Source: Bigelowiella natans CCMP2755 (lineage: Eukaryota; Protista; Cercozoa). From it: 64,000 nucleotides of DNA. Shown piece after piece: positions 1 through 13,175 of the stretch. The stretch covers positions 1 to 64,000 of the forward strand of contig ADNK01000778.1 of assembly GCA_000320545.1 (NCBI GenBank), in the 5' to 3' direction. The position numbers were made by a program, and so were the translations under genes. Positions within the stretch are counted from its first letter, which is position 1, and each line of letters opens with the position of its first letter. Under the pieces are notes generated by a model. The model was given only the letters and a program-made list of their open reading frames with translations. It searched no databases and was not told the DNA's origin.

Positions 1-142
1 TCGAGCAACAGGCAGCACACCAGTACTCTAGAGGTAGTAGTAGGTAGTTGTAGTAGTAGCAATGGTAGTATATATATATAAATATGTGTGTGAGGTTGGA
101 CTATAATGATGCTGATGAAGATGATGATAAATCAAGATCATT

Positions 143-239
<97 letters not shown>

Positions 240-248
240 GTGTATATA

Positions 249-284
<36 letters not shown>

Positions 285-1553
285 TTACGCATGTAACTAG
301 TTGCGGCTGCATGAACTAAGCGAGCCCGTTCACGCAGTGATAAACTTCCCATATTAGTATTTAAATTATCCTTCTACGATGTAAAAACCTTACTATCACC
401 GGCTACTGTATGAACAATTACAGTTTTGTTGTCTATCCAGCGTGCAGTCCCATCGAATCCATTCTGCAAAAACACAAGGAGATTCTAATCTGTGCAAGCT
501 TCAACTCACCACAACGATACCCCTGTGTGTAGGTCCATATAACGGCCTCCACCATTGGCACCTGCAATTTTCAGCCTCCTGAAGGCATCCTTTTTGTTAG
601 CAAACTGAGCAAAGGACAGGAATTTTCTGGTGTGGTGATGTGCCTTGGGAGCGTTTGCCAGTGTAGCTGGCTGAAGGTCCAGTGCCTCAATAGAGAATTC
701 CAGATTACCTAAGCGGTGATTGAAATCATTAAAAAACAATTACCTGAAAAGAAAGTGCGGAGGGTATGTGTTGGATAAAACCTGGTCATCTCTAGCCCAG
801 TAATACAAGGAGGATATGTGCAGGAGGGAACTGAAAATTGGAATGAAAACGCTGTTATCCCGTTGAGGCGATCCTACACTTTTACAAGCGGTTGACCTCA
901 AAAAGGTTTTCGTTCTTTCCGTCGCACGTGCAAGTATGAATCCTGATGTTCAGCAGCATGTAAAGCTTTTATCTGCTTTAACAAGGCTCGAGGATGAAAG
1001 ATGAAATTATAAATTACCCGTGTTTGCGACACCTTGTGCATCCCATCTGATAGACGTGACCGTGGGAGAAAGGATGATGATACCATTTATACATAGATGC
1101 TTAACTGATTGTTATGAACGATGACGATATAACAATTACCTTGGTGCTAGTTGGAACATGAGGTCTACAGACGCTAGTGAGGGCTGTGCAAAAAGCCAAA
1201 GAGGATTCCTATACCATTCATACCAATCAAGATAGATAGATATCATGATGTTGCTTCATTAGACCGTATCGATGATATAAAACGGGGATGGTAATGTTTG
1301 TACCGAAACCAGGTCACATCAGCGTCTTGAATGCAAACGTTGTATCTGATTTGATAAAGATTGGTTGGAGACATACGCCTGATTTCTGCCTTTTTGTTTT
1401 TCAGCTTGATCACTGACCCCATTTGAGTAATCTCAGCAGCTGCAGCAGTAACTGCAACCATAGTGTCGAGGAACGCGCTAGAAGAGGGAGGGGAATATGA
1501 TTAGTATGCTGGACTCGTTGTTAGACCTTCTCTCTCTATTTCGCCTCTCCTCC

Positions 1554-1598
<45 letters not shown>

Positions 1599-3165
1599 TT
1601 TGTTCGTATGTTTGTGTGTCTTTGAATGAATCGCAGGAAGGTTGTGGACCGTGGGAGTCCTTAGAATCTGACGAGAATAAGGTTACCTTTGAAGAGGCAT
1701 TGTTAGGTTGTAGAACGAAGGCTTTGCGACCTGTACAATCGATAAACGAAGAATACAACATGAAACACAAATGGAGGCATCTAGGAGTTGAAGAAATGAC
1801 CTTCAGATTTTTCGAGACTGCTATGTTATAACTGGAAATCAATCAAAATATAAGTAAGACTACACGGACGACGTTTAATCTTTCAAGAGCATACGTTTCG
1901 ATATCGGTAGCGACTACAAGCAGCTTCGACGCTACATTAAAGTTTCTGAGAAAAAAAGAGAAGTGTGAAAAGCTAACTTGATGGAACGACTTAACAAGAG
2001 ACCACCTATACTTGGAAGTACAAACGAAGTTCAAAAGGTATTTCACAAAATGCCGATCTGTTGCTATCAAAATTATCGTGGTCGTGTCGGGAAACCTAGG
2101 AATAATGAGGGAAAGTTAGTGTTAATCAGTCACACTAGCATAAGAACGGCTTGATGTGTGGCACCACTCCCGAATCTTCTTTCTCCTCTCTTTTCTCAAA
2201 GTTTCGTCCTGCGGAACAACATGACAGACAGTTTTACAGCTGCTGCAGTGCTCGAAACAACGACAACAAAAATATACTCGCACCACTGCGTACCTTGAAC
2301 GCATCAATAGCACTTTGTGCACGTTCCAGAAACTTCTTAGGAACACACTCGATACAGGAGGGATCCTTCTCACACTTAAGGGCTCGTCCCTAAAAGTGTG
2401 ATGAGATTACTTAAATCTATGTTCGAACGACGACTCAAATCCGTTGGTAGTAGTTTCCCGACATACAAAGTGCGTAGTATACCTTTGGACCTCCCTTGGA
2501 AGCCTCGCACATCTTCAATTCGCGTAACGTCTAAAATGGGGAGCAACGGGTCAAATGAGTTGCAGGGTAGAGCGCTATTCCCACGTAGCATGATACCTGA
2601 ACTCTATTGTTCATACTATACCCTTCTGGTGCATGGTCTTTCACTGAATCACAGAAGAGTTGAACAAGCAGTGAATGCATTTAACAATGCACGGCAAATA
2701 TATTGGATGAGTCTCGTATTCGCACTGACGGTTAGCAGTTTACATGGCGGTTCGTTCCGGTATAACTCTGCTTCAGTGTCAACCACCACAGTTGCAGTGT
2801 CGAATTCATCCATTGAATCGAAGGAAGGAGTAGCCGTTCCATTTGATTCGGAAACGATAACTACTGCCCCCGCATCGTTCATAACCTGTGCAGACATGCG
2901 CGCGCGGGCGCACGTATCAAGTGTACCAATTACTTATAAATCTGAACAAAGGTACAATAATAAATACCTCAAATGACGATTTACTCAGTGAGACCAATCT
3001 CTCATGATACTCCTCCGTCATCAAAAACCGCCCTATTATACAGATCGGGTGCGAATCATCTAGTTAAATGCACACCCACACACACGAGCAATGGAAGACG
3101 GAACCAGCTATTGAAGCAAAGAGAACGAAACCCAGAAGGCATAGAGCTGTCCTGGCGATTCCCAT
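1..3165 (-). CDS. Nucleotide-diphospho-sugar transferase (PF03407/GT77-like), type II membrane protein, multi-exon; 3' end unresolved and may leave the window
   Basis: Spliced exons: MGIARTALCLLGFVLFASIAG (signal anchor, ATG 3165) ... TIILIATDRHFVKYLLNFVC ... KLLVVATDIETYN ... GYNVCIQDADVTWFRNPL (DxD motif) ... ANTGFILARAT ... DDQVIWNSLL ... LHWQTLPR ... VIVHT. This is the motif order I recall for the family. Confidence 0.8.
146..281. repeat. Compound microsatellite (CA)n-(TA)n-(TG)n
   Basis: Directly visible; one of dozens of di- and trinucleotide SSRs in the window. Confidence 0.95.
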
Positions 3166-3447
3166 TGAACCGCTGAATTGGCTGCAAGCTTGTCAGGGCT
3201 AAGGTTCTAATCCCAAAGCTTGGAGAGCACACAGACACGTCACTCAGCCTAATTGATCCGAAGGCCGCCGAGCGACGCTTCAAAAACACGTTCGTTTTTT
3301 ATCGGGAAAACATTGTCGTAGGAATAAAATACCACCAATTTTGTAACGGCACTGCAGGCTGTCGGGGTGAGCGTTTCTATGCGTTTCTACAGACGTTTCT
3401 CGCTGTTTCCCGTTACATGTACTACGGCCAGACGACAGCATCGTAGT

Positions 3448-3490
3448 CTAGATCGAGATCTCCAGATCTACAGGTAGAACTAGATCTATC
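3448..3490. promoter_or_regulatory. Putative bidirectional promoter with clustered AGATC/AGATCT motifs
   Basis: CTAGATCGAGATCTCCAGATCTACAGGTAGAACTAGATCTA lies between divergent starts at 3165 (-) and ~3711 (+). Sub-motifs recur at 10762-10772 and 39251-39263, also between divergent genes. Confidence 0.45.
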
Positions 3491-3710
3491 GAGCAAATCA
3501 GATTCACGCCTGAGAAAGAGGCCCTCTCCCCCCAACCTTAACACTAGTGCAACCTAACGTGAAGAACCCCGTTTCTGGAAAGCAGCATGGCGGTAGTTCA
3601 ATTAATTCACATATTCGCGTAAATTTCGAGAGGAAATATAGAGATGGGAACCACACGACTAAGTGAGATCTCTTTTTGGTGTTCTCAAGAATCAATTTCG
3701 GAACCCCGTG

Positions 3711-5854
3711 ATGGATGACGATGACGACTATACCTTGGTATGCCACATTCACAATTTGTGGTTGTTCAACAAATAAAGAACTTGAATGTAGGACGATATT
3801 GAGAAAGAGCTCGAAAATGACTTCGACGGCACCGGGCAAACTCCAGCATCTAGTGTACTTAAACTTTATAAAGTGTTTCTTTCTCTGACGTCCCACATGA
3901 TCACCGACACCTTGAGTAGACATAACTTTTGAAACTATTTCCCCCAATGTATTTACAGAGAAAGCTGAAGTCCAGTCCCCGCGATGTTCGCAAGTTGAAA
4001 GGGGATGATTTAAAACAAGCAAGTGCGTATGTGTAAACCACAATTATCACGCAAGCATCCCTACTTCCTAATGATTTGCTCTTCGTAGTACGCTGAATAT
4101 TTTACATTTCAGTTGCAAACAAGTACAACTTGAAGCTGAAGAAAAAGAAAAAGGACGATGACGACATGGTAGCAACTTTGAGACCAATGAATGCGACAGT
4201 TAAGATGATGTATTACCATACTTTGAGGGAAAAGGCGGCATTTCTTACAATGAATACTTTCAAAACACAATATAGTGGAAAGTCTTAGTACCAACCTAGC
4301 AACTATGAGCATACCCATGACAGGAAAAACCTTTTTGTGTTGTAGCCCGCCAACCTAGGCGAACCATCTATAGGAAGCACAAGTGCGTCGCCTGGGCCGA
4401 GGGTCGAGAAGGAAGATGATGATTTGAAGGTAAACAAGTAGCAATTTTTCCAGAACTGTATGATTGCAAATCAATTCCCATCCAAAAAGTCGCCATAATC
4501 TTGAATGCGTTCTTTTCTTCCTGGGGTGTAGTGTAGATCGCTTTCTCTTCCCTTATCAAAATGAACTGACAAACAATTATTTATTTGTCGTGCATACGGT
4601 TAAATATACATCGCAGAAGACTGAGCTCCAACGCGGTTTCAAATACTTCCTCTATCATCATCACACACTTCTTTCCGTCCTCTGTGTAAAGCATCAAAGC
4701 GACCTCCCACGCTATGCGCGCGCATATCTTTTCCTCTTTGATCTGGAGACAAATCTGATGTTCGCCCTCACCCTCCGTGAAAGCGGATTGGATTTCGGGG
4801 AAAGGTTGTTCCTGACCGTCTTCCTATGCCTCATCATCTCTTTTTTGATGTCGTCTATCTTCAAGAACGTTGGGTTCAACCAGGTGAGAATACGAGCGAC
4901 TGGCATGCATGCATGACATATCATCGGACCATGCATGTTTCCAAGAAGAGATGGCCCTAATGTTCGCCTTTGTTTGTTCGCCTTATCTTCTTCTCATCTC
5001 TCCCAACAGATGATGTCTGGGCGGCATTGTTGCGGCAAATTCATAACGCTTGGCCTTTTGATGTTCGTACCTTCGGCAATCTTGCTTTCGGTTATCGCTG
5101 TATATACCATGCGCCAGCCGGATGGAGGGCAGATGGCACGTAATATATAAACATAATACTGATCAGTTACTGTTAATGTTCGTATTTTCGCCGATCTACC
5201 ATTTCTCCATGATTTTCTTTGTGTGCATCCCTTCGTCGGTGCGATGGTAGCAGTAGCGACCGGTACAACACGAGTTGGAATTGTTATGAGATTGTGATTT
5301 TGACGAAGTTCATGCGTGTTTCTTCTTTTTGTTTTGTGGTGCCATAGTTATTCTATTCACTTGCTCGTGTGTTATAACCTGGATAATGGAAGTACTCATT
5401 TGGTACTTCGTCTACGATTGCTGCAAAGCGTATTGTTCGGTAAGTATTGATATTGCAGAAAGATGATGCAAATTATCAGACGCACGTTATTAGATGCAAG
5501 TAGAAGAAGAAGAAGAAGAAACTATGTTAATATTGGGAAAATGCTCGCGGCATCTATCATTAACTATTAACCGAAATACTTATCCTGCTATTACAGTGTT
5601 TCCTATGCTGCTGTCCAAATCTTCTGGATGACGCTGAAGTCGCTCAAGCTGACATTGACTATAAGAAGAAGGTGGGTGCCATGAAAGTTCGCTCGTTGAT
5701 TACATGCAAAATAAGCTATCCTCCCAGCGATGTCCTTTTGTCGTGGTTTTCCCTTTTAACGCCAGCACAACATGCACCAAGATTTGAATACTCAAACCAA
5801 CTAACCGCATTGCTTTTTCAGAAAGAGGAAGAACATGCACGAGACATTGCCTAG
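3711..5854 (+). CDS. Uncharacterised multi-pass membrane protein with acidic/Lys-rich N-terminus, polycystin-1-like membrane motif and Cys-rich tail
   Basis: Exons MDDDDDYTL|DDIEKELENDF ... KTELQRGFKYFLYHHHTLLSVLCVKHQSDLPRYARAYLFLFDL ... FLTVFLCLIISFLMS ... FITLGLLMFVPSAILLSVIAVY ... ILFTCSCVITWIMEVLIWYFVYDCCKAYCS|CFLCCCP ... KEEEHARDIA*. Start and some 5' junctions uncertain. Confidence 0.65.
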
Positions 5855-6896
5855 ATAGGTACGTTCAACAATCGTTTAAGTCTGGTGTCGGAATCTGCCA
5901 GCGATTGTTGGAAATCATACATGATAATGTCGCGCTTTAAGGTCACGTCTTCGGCGCCTAAATATAAATCGCTGTGGAGCGTAGATTCTGATATTTATAT
6001 TAAAAACTATCATAGAGATACGTTGGCTATGTACGTTTTCCAAATGTAGTCATTATCGGTACGGATGATAATTATTGTATCGTATTTGCTATATGGACAT
6101 ATATGTCTATGCTGTTGCTAACAATGTAGCAGCTATGTAAAATCAACAACATATTCGTGTATAGCGCTACTAGTACCACACGTGCATATTAATCGTAGCG
6201 TTTGCGACAGTGTATGGTTATTAAACTGCTACGTGAGCAGCATGCCCTCTCTATTGAGCAAAAAGCAATACACATGTACGCGTAGTTACTTTCATTGTGT
6301 AGTACAGCGCTATGTGCAATTGCTCAGGTAATAGTTTACACGCCACATTACACTACGTACGTAGTAAGGTGGTATTACTAGTACCGTGCAAGCAACGCTT
6401 ATTGTCTACACGCGCACATGTGCGTGCGTGGGAAGCGCTACGTTTGTATTACTGAGCACGTAAGATGGATGTAATTAATCAATTAAATTTGTTCAATGAC
6501 TAGTAATGGTCACTCTTGCATGTAGCTATTCAATGCAGCGGCTACAGCGCTAATGTTAAATCTGTTGGTTTCCGCTATGATACGATGTGTTTCATGCAAT
6601 CAAATGCATGTTGTTTCGGTCTGGAATGTCGCGCATTTCGCGCAGCAGTTCGTGTTTTCTTTTCATCACATGTCAATCTGTGCACGTGACAACAGCGGGC
6701 TTATCTATATAGCTATGGCTCTATTCACACTGTTCGAAAGCAATGAAACGCAACGTGTACGTGCATGAGCATGGTCCATAGCGTCCAAAAATAATACAAA
6801 TGTGCGAGGTGGTTGCGTAAGCCGAGGCGGCGTTCAACGATAAGATAGGCGTATCGTACATGCAACAACAAAGCATGCAAGTTGGCTTAATTTTTG

Positions 6897-8085
6897 TCAC
6901 ACAGCAAACTTTTTGCACTTGGTCTCCGTACTTTTGCCAGTGCCAATACTGTAGAAGTAAACTCCTCCTGCTACGATACAGCTAGCGACGATGGCAAAAC
7001 CTAGATTTTATGTTTCAATTAAGGTGATCACATGAAACAAACTATCACATCCCATAATCAACCACAAACACATACACACGTACAAATATACACACATGAA
7101 TATTGTACTATTATTTTCAAAAATATGTACAAAGTTGTATGTCTGCAGCTACACATTTATGTGTATGCAGGTGAATGTATACACAGAAATATGGGAAATA
7201 TAACTAATCTCAGTATAGTTGCTAATAAGTCTCCATGGAGAACTTACAATTGGCTCGCTACAATACTATAGATATCTATAACCTCGGAGCGGTATATTCA
7301 GAACTAAAAAGCCTAGTGCGGCGTCCGACGCCATCTTTGCACACAAACGCAAAACTTAATTACATTCTATGCATTGACGGCACCAGTAAGTAGCATACAC
7401 AATACGATTATTCTATTTCTAATGGAAACTCATGCTTCGACGAAAGACCTGGCATGCCATTGCGATTGTTTTCCGCACAGAATCCAACCGTTTCATAAAT
7501 ATACTGTTTGGAGAAGGCGGAGAGGAGAAGGGGGAGGAGGGGGAGGAGGAGGAAGAGCAGCGTATGCAGTATCATTTAAGAATTGCAAATTGCATGCTGT
7601 GCTCCAATCGGCAGCAGTCGTAGCATAATACACGCGATTCTCCTTTGAGGAAGTATTCTCGAGAGGCATGAAATATGAAGACATTGAATAGGGAAACGGT
7701 AGCATATCCTGGTTGATTTAAATCATGCTCTCTGCTTATTAGTACACGCCAAATTTTTTTATTAATATCAGGCGACCACACAGCAAGTATTAGCAACCAC
7801 TGCTGCTGCAGAAGCGTCACTATCAGGAGGTCAGATTTCCACCATTTCACTCCTTTGGCTCTATCGACCAACCTTGTGAGGATTCCTCCTAGCGATAGCG
7901 AAAGTACCAATACATAAGCTTTCCAGTCGTAATCTGACATTTATTCAAAGAAGAGAAGAGGGGCATCAGGCGTAGGACAAGAATTTGGCCAGCAGTGGAG
8001 GAAAAGCGGTTAGAATCGTCAAGAAGAAAGGTAAATGGAGGGGCAGGGAGAGAAAAGGTCAGAAAGGGTATCTTCCTTTATTGGT

Positions 8086-8124
<39 letters not shown>

Positions 8125-8953
8125 CACATATCAAACAGAGTAAAGCAAACAAACCAAGCATCCAAGTAGCTAACGAATTGTATGTTCCGCCGCCTTCCCC
8201 CGTCCCCTCCTTAATCGTAGTGCTGCTACTGCTAGCGTCGCTTCTTCCCCCCAACGCTGCTATAGCTGCTTTTTCACCACTACTACCAGCACCACCACTA
8301 TGATGGTGGCTAACAACAGATTGCGGGCCAAGTTGGAAGAAATACAGAACGAATTGATAGATAGCACCTGCAGAGCGTACGTATGGGTGTGGAAGTATTT
8401 AATGATTGAATGGAGAGCGTTGAAAACATATCTGGAACAGCAACATCAGCTTCAGCATCAGCGACGACGCAATATGGACGCTCCAACGAATACAATGATA
8501 AGTGATTCTCTGCTACGTCTACTACTACTACTACTACTACTACTACTATTGATGCTGCTTCTATTACCAAGAATGAGATTATTCGTATATAAGTAGAAGT
8601 TCTGAACGTTCTGTGACACACCAATAGCAGCAGCAGCACCAGAATATATGAATCAAACGTTTAAAGACCACCAGCCTGTCGACTCTCTGGAGAACTTACT
8701 ATGAGATTGTTGAAGTTATTATGCATGATATCAAATGTATGAGGTCTGTCTTCTTTCATTCATTCTTCTTCTTCATTATCGTGATCTTCTTCTTCTTCTT
8801 CTTTTCGTAATTACAATCGACAGATTGTAGTTTCTCTTTACGAGAAGTTCAAAGTAAACCGCGGCAAGTACGACCAAGATTATCTAAGAGGAGGAAGAGG
8901 TGGAAGAGGTGAGAAGGAGAGAGCAAGAGAGCGAGAGGGCGAGAGAGAGAGAA

Positions 8954-9008
<55 letters not shown>

Positions 9009-9257
9009 GAAATCCAGCTGCAGATGTAACCATATTTACACAGAAAGGAGCAGCAGACGACACTTGATGTGTACGTCGGTCGTTCTACCTATCATATTGT
9101 TCTTAATGCTAACTGGAGGATTTTTAAAAACGACTGCTCTTGCTACTACCACTACTACTGCTGCTGCTACTGTTACCTCGATCATCACAAGTACACGCGC
9201 AAATGACGGGCTGACGACATAGGTCGTCGCAGCTTCGATACTTCCACCATCTTTGAA

Positions 9258-9288
<31 letters not shown>

Positions 9289-10701
9289 TGGGATTGTGAG
9301 GGCGGGTATTGGAGGGGTACAAATAATGAAAATATGATGGTGATGACGGGGAGCGATGTGCTAATGGTGCTGCTAACATACGTCTATAATCCGCTCTCTA
9401 TCCACACACCTTGTAAGGGAGTACTGCCACCATTCTGCGGATCTGCCTCTTGGAGCAGCCTGATAACAATGATAACTACATCAATTCTATTGCGATTCTG
9501 AACAAAAATACGCTGCTCAGTGAGTATCTGATCCAGTGGCCGATAAGATCTATGCTAATTCAAGTTCTGTTACGAATTACATTGCCGCAAACTGGTCCAA
9601 AGCACATCCAATGGTGATAAAGCATAGCCCTGTGATAAGACCGATCGATCACCAACCAAAAGCAGAATCACATTTATAATCATATATCTCTTCTCCCTCC
9701 TCTTCTAATTTCGTAGATTTAGTAGAAGTAGGATTACCAGCCCATTGTAGCAGCGAAAGCCTTTTCTGGAAGAAGATCGACCACACGACGCCCATGCATA
9801 CAATCTTGAGCTGTGGGGTTAATACACAGTGCCGAACGTTCACGCACTCTTTCTTTCTCTCTGACATGTGTAGGTGTGTGGGTGTGTGCACGTGTTGTGA
9901 AGGATGCATTTATACCGATCCGAGCATGGTGAGTGTCCTTGGGTCGATGGTTTGTAGTGCGATGAGGTTAATAGCGTCCACACACATGTACAATCCAGAC
10001 GGGATCTGTGTTGTGCATCCACATCAGGATCACAATAATGATCGACAATACGCTATCCTGTTGGCACACCACTATTACTACCATGAATGAGAGGAGCATT
10101 CTTCGGTGCTTCTTTAACCTTTTTTGGTAGATATTATATAAATATATTGTGTATTGACTTTATTGTTGAGGATGGATAATTAAGTAGATCTTAATTCTCA
10201 CTGAGTCCAAAGCTGATTCAAGGTACCCTCCAATGTCACAAAGTACCTTATAGGATAGAACACCAAAGTTACATTACTTCTTGTCAAATTAGTAAGGTGT
10301 GCATATACAGCGCACCCGACAGAAAGCAGGATTTTCAATAGTGTGCACTCCATAACGACAACCTGATAATAATCATTGGATCATCGCGGCACATAGTAAC
10401 GATTAGGGCAGAGTTGAGTGTTAAGCGCTAACAAATAGGCTATTTAACTGTACGTACAAATTTGTTGAGGTTGCCCCCATTTCGCTCGATTGCATGAGCG
10501 CTGAGCTTTGCGATCGAAAATATAAGAACATACCCCAAGAAAATCTGACGGTATAAAACAGACTCTCTCATACAATAATAGATGACATAGATATCACCTA
10601 GTCAGGGCTTTATTTTCTCAAATCGATCCCTCTATTGTCGTCGATAAGTAAGATAAGTGCAGAACCAGCTGTTTATCCAGAGTGTCCAGCCCGAGAATCA
10701 T
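6897..10701 (-). CDS. Nucleotide-sugar transporter, SLC35A (CMP-Sia/UDP-Gal transporter) family, multi-exon
   Basis: Exons VVVMECTLLKILLS ... IPSGLYMCVDAINLIALQTIDPRTLTMLGS|LKIVCMGVVWSIFFQKRLSLLQWAG ... LAAVYFELLVK ... NVQNFYLY ... LGGILTS|IFMKRLDSVRKTIA ... IVAGGVYFYS ... KKFAV* (stop 6897). Start MILGLDTL at 10701 is tentative. Confidence 0.9.
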
Positions 10702-11075
10702 GCTCCTAGAACGCTACAGCAACTCTAACACCCCTTTTAAAGAGGAAGATGGTGTAGATTCGATCTACAGGTTGGAGGGGCCCCCACACCCTCCCACGGA
10801 GATGACCCATGCTCCCAGTGCTCTCTGGAAGACGACCATTCGGTTGTGGTTCCACACCTTCTTGTATATTCGTATTCCGTGTCGCATGTTGGAAACGGCA
10901 TGTTATCGGTTCTATTTTTCATTTTTACAAGTTGTCGCACCTTGGAAATGACATGTTGTTCGGGTTGGAGTTTTCCTTCGGAACTTGATCCGCCTCGGAG
11001 CTTTCTTGTGTGAGAAAGCAGCGAGGGTAGGAGGAGGGAAGGCGCCCCCTGCACGCATTCGTCTCTCAATAGTGG

Positions 11076-12778
11076 ATGGCAAAACAGAAGAAGACTAAGT
11101 TGAGGAGGAAAAGAAATGGTCGTTCTTCAACACCTTCCCATTCGAAGCGAGATCTGGTCGAAGTGCAGAGAGAAACGTTACACCTACTTGCACACCAGAA
11201 GCGGCTGCTTTCAGCCAAACTGCAGAGACGTGCAATTGAAAAGTGTGTTATTGTGAAGGGAGACGCATGTAAGAAACTGCCAGGAGATGGTAAGGAGGTG
11301 AATGTCGATTGTTCGAGTATACATACCCCCAGCGTGCGGATAGTGGACCAGGACTGCCTTGATGTTGCTCTGGAGATGCAGGTAGCTTTTATTGAACTTG
11401 CAGCACAGGATCGATGAGCTGATTCATCAGATAAATCACATGAATTCAAAATATAGGAAGCCCTCTCCGATAAAGAAGCTACAGGAAGCGAAGGCACTTT
11501 GGGAGGGGTAACAGGAAAGAAAGGTTTTGAAAGCATCTTCTTAAACTCTAAGAACACAATGCGGCGTTGCATATAATATTATCATTGGAATACGTATCTC
11601 TTAGGTTATAGGAAAGTAAAAGTGGCCGTCCTTGTTCATGGCAGTGGGGAGAATCCTGGAGGTGGGTACAAACGAGGAGCAAACGGACAGGAAGAAGCGA
11701 TCTGTAGAAGAACGAATTTGGCCGCCTGTGTAGAGGCTGCAAGGTGTTTCTTGCTTTTTTTTGCCTATGGTTTATTTACGTTACGAGTCGTGCATTTGTC
11801 CTTTGTGTTGCAAGTTTGATAAAGAAAGTGGGGATGTGTTTAACACTTGTTTGCATATATAATCACACCGTTCATTCCCAACGAACCATTGCTCTTTTCC
11901 CCCCACCGCCGACGCAGCTACCCTTTACCAGAATTTGGATGCTTGTACGTGCCGAGTTTGTACGTAATTCGTGGAGGCTCCAATCAAGACTTTAAGGTGA
12001 GCAGATAGAATCATGTATTCATAAGAGTTGTCATGAGCAATATTCCAGAGCCCGTTATGGGTCGATAGTATTTGTGAAATATCGAAGCAATGGACATGAT
12101 TCTGAAGCATGGGTAGGTGTACTCACGACCTCGGGAACTGTCAGCGGTCGTGGCACATTGCTACATGCACATGAACACGACAAGTGAGGGGAGAATTGAG
12201 CCAAAGTACGAGGCAAAGGTTGACAATGACAAGACTTTCAAATTTCTCATAATTCTTTGGCCAACCCTCTCTGATGTCAAATTTATATTTTTTGGGATAT
12301 GGATGACGCTCATTCGTTTAAGGAATTATTTGTGCATTGTTAGACGTATGCGAAGATTGTGAATCTATTGACCTGTTTGGCAATCCACGGGCACACTGAT
12401 ATTGTCCTTGGGGCATGGGGTTGTGGTGCCTACGGGAATCCACCTCTGGAAATCGCTCGCCTGTTCAAAAAGGCCTTAACCTCGCATCCAAGGCTCTCCA
12501 AGAATATTTGCTTTCGTAATATCGTTTTTGCAATATTGAAAAATCGGCGTGCAATCGAAGACTTCAAAAATGTGTTTGGGGAAGGATTGGTACCAGCTAA
12601 CAGCATGAAGTCATCAAGTATGGAATCGCAAAATAGAATTCGAGTATCAGAAACCTCATCTAGTAATGGCACGCAGTCTATACAACAAGAGGTTGGTGAC
12701 TCTAAGGACGAAGTAGAATGCAGCAAAGGCACTATCCTAGCTACTTCAAAAAAATCTGTGCCGCTAGAAGATTTGTGA
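11076..12778 (+). CDS. Bacterial-type poly(ADP-ribose) glycohydrolase (DUF2263/TIGR02452 family), multi-exon
   Basis: DCLDVA ... VAVLVHGSGENPGGGYKRGANGQEEAICRRTNL (GGG-x-QEE catalytic loop) ... YPLPEFGCLYVPSLYVIRG ... IVLGAWGCGAYGNPPLEIARLFKKAL ... IVFAI. Confidence 0.9.
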
Positions 12779-13175
12779 TAAATGAGTCAATGACCATTTA
12801 GATGTTCACAACACATGCAAACAAACAACAAACACGTGTCGTACAGGTGTCACCATATATGTGCTGAACATGTACATGTCTAGATGCTCGTACATATGGT
12901 GATGGTTTCTGTGCACTGCAGCAGCTCTATGTGTGCTAAGCTGCTACAACTACATGTGCAAACACATCACAGCTCGAAGTCATGCGCTACAACGATGTCT
13001 TTGAGAAACATAATGTCACAGCTGTTGTCTAGCAGAAAGCTTAGAGCATATGTTACAGTCTAATACCAGCACGCATTTTTTAACAGCACTAGAGCATCCC
13101 GCACATCTATACATTTGCACTTCTAGACTTTATCTTATAGAACTAGAGAAGCTGGGTCTGTTGATCATGCCAATG

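Noticed and set aside
2398-2976. 192-aa plus-strand ORF
   Set aside because: Antisense shadow of the GT77-like exons; no recognisable motif.
3504-4043. 179-aa minus-strand ORF
   Set aside because: Antisense to the spliced 5' exons of the plus-strand membrane protein gene.
11066-11572. 168-aa minus-strand ORF
   Set aside because: Antisense to the PARG exons.
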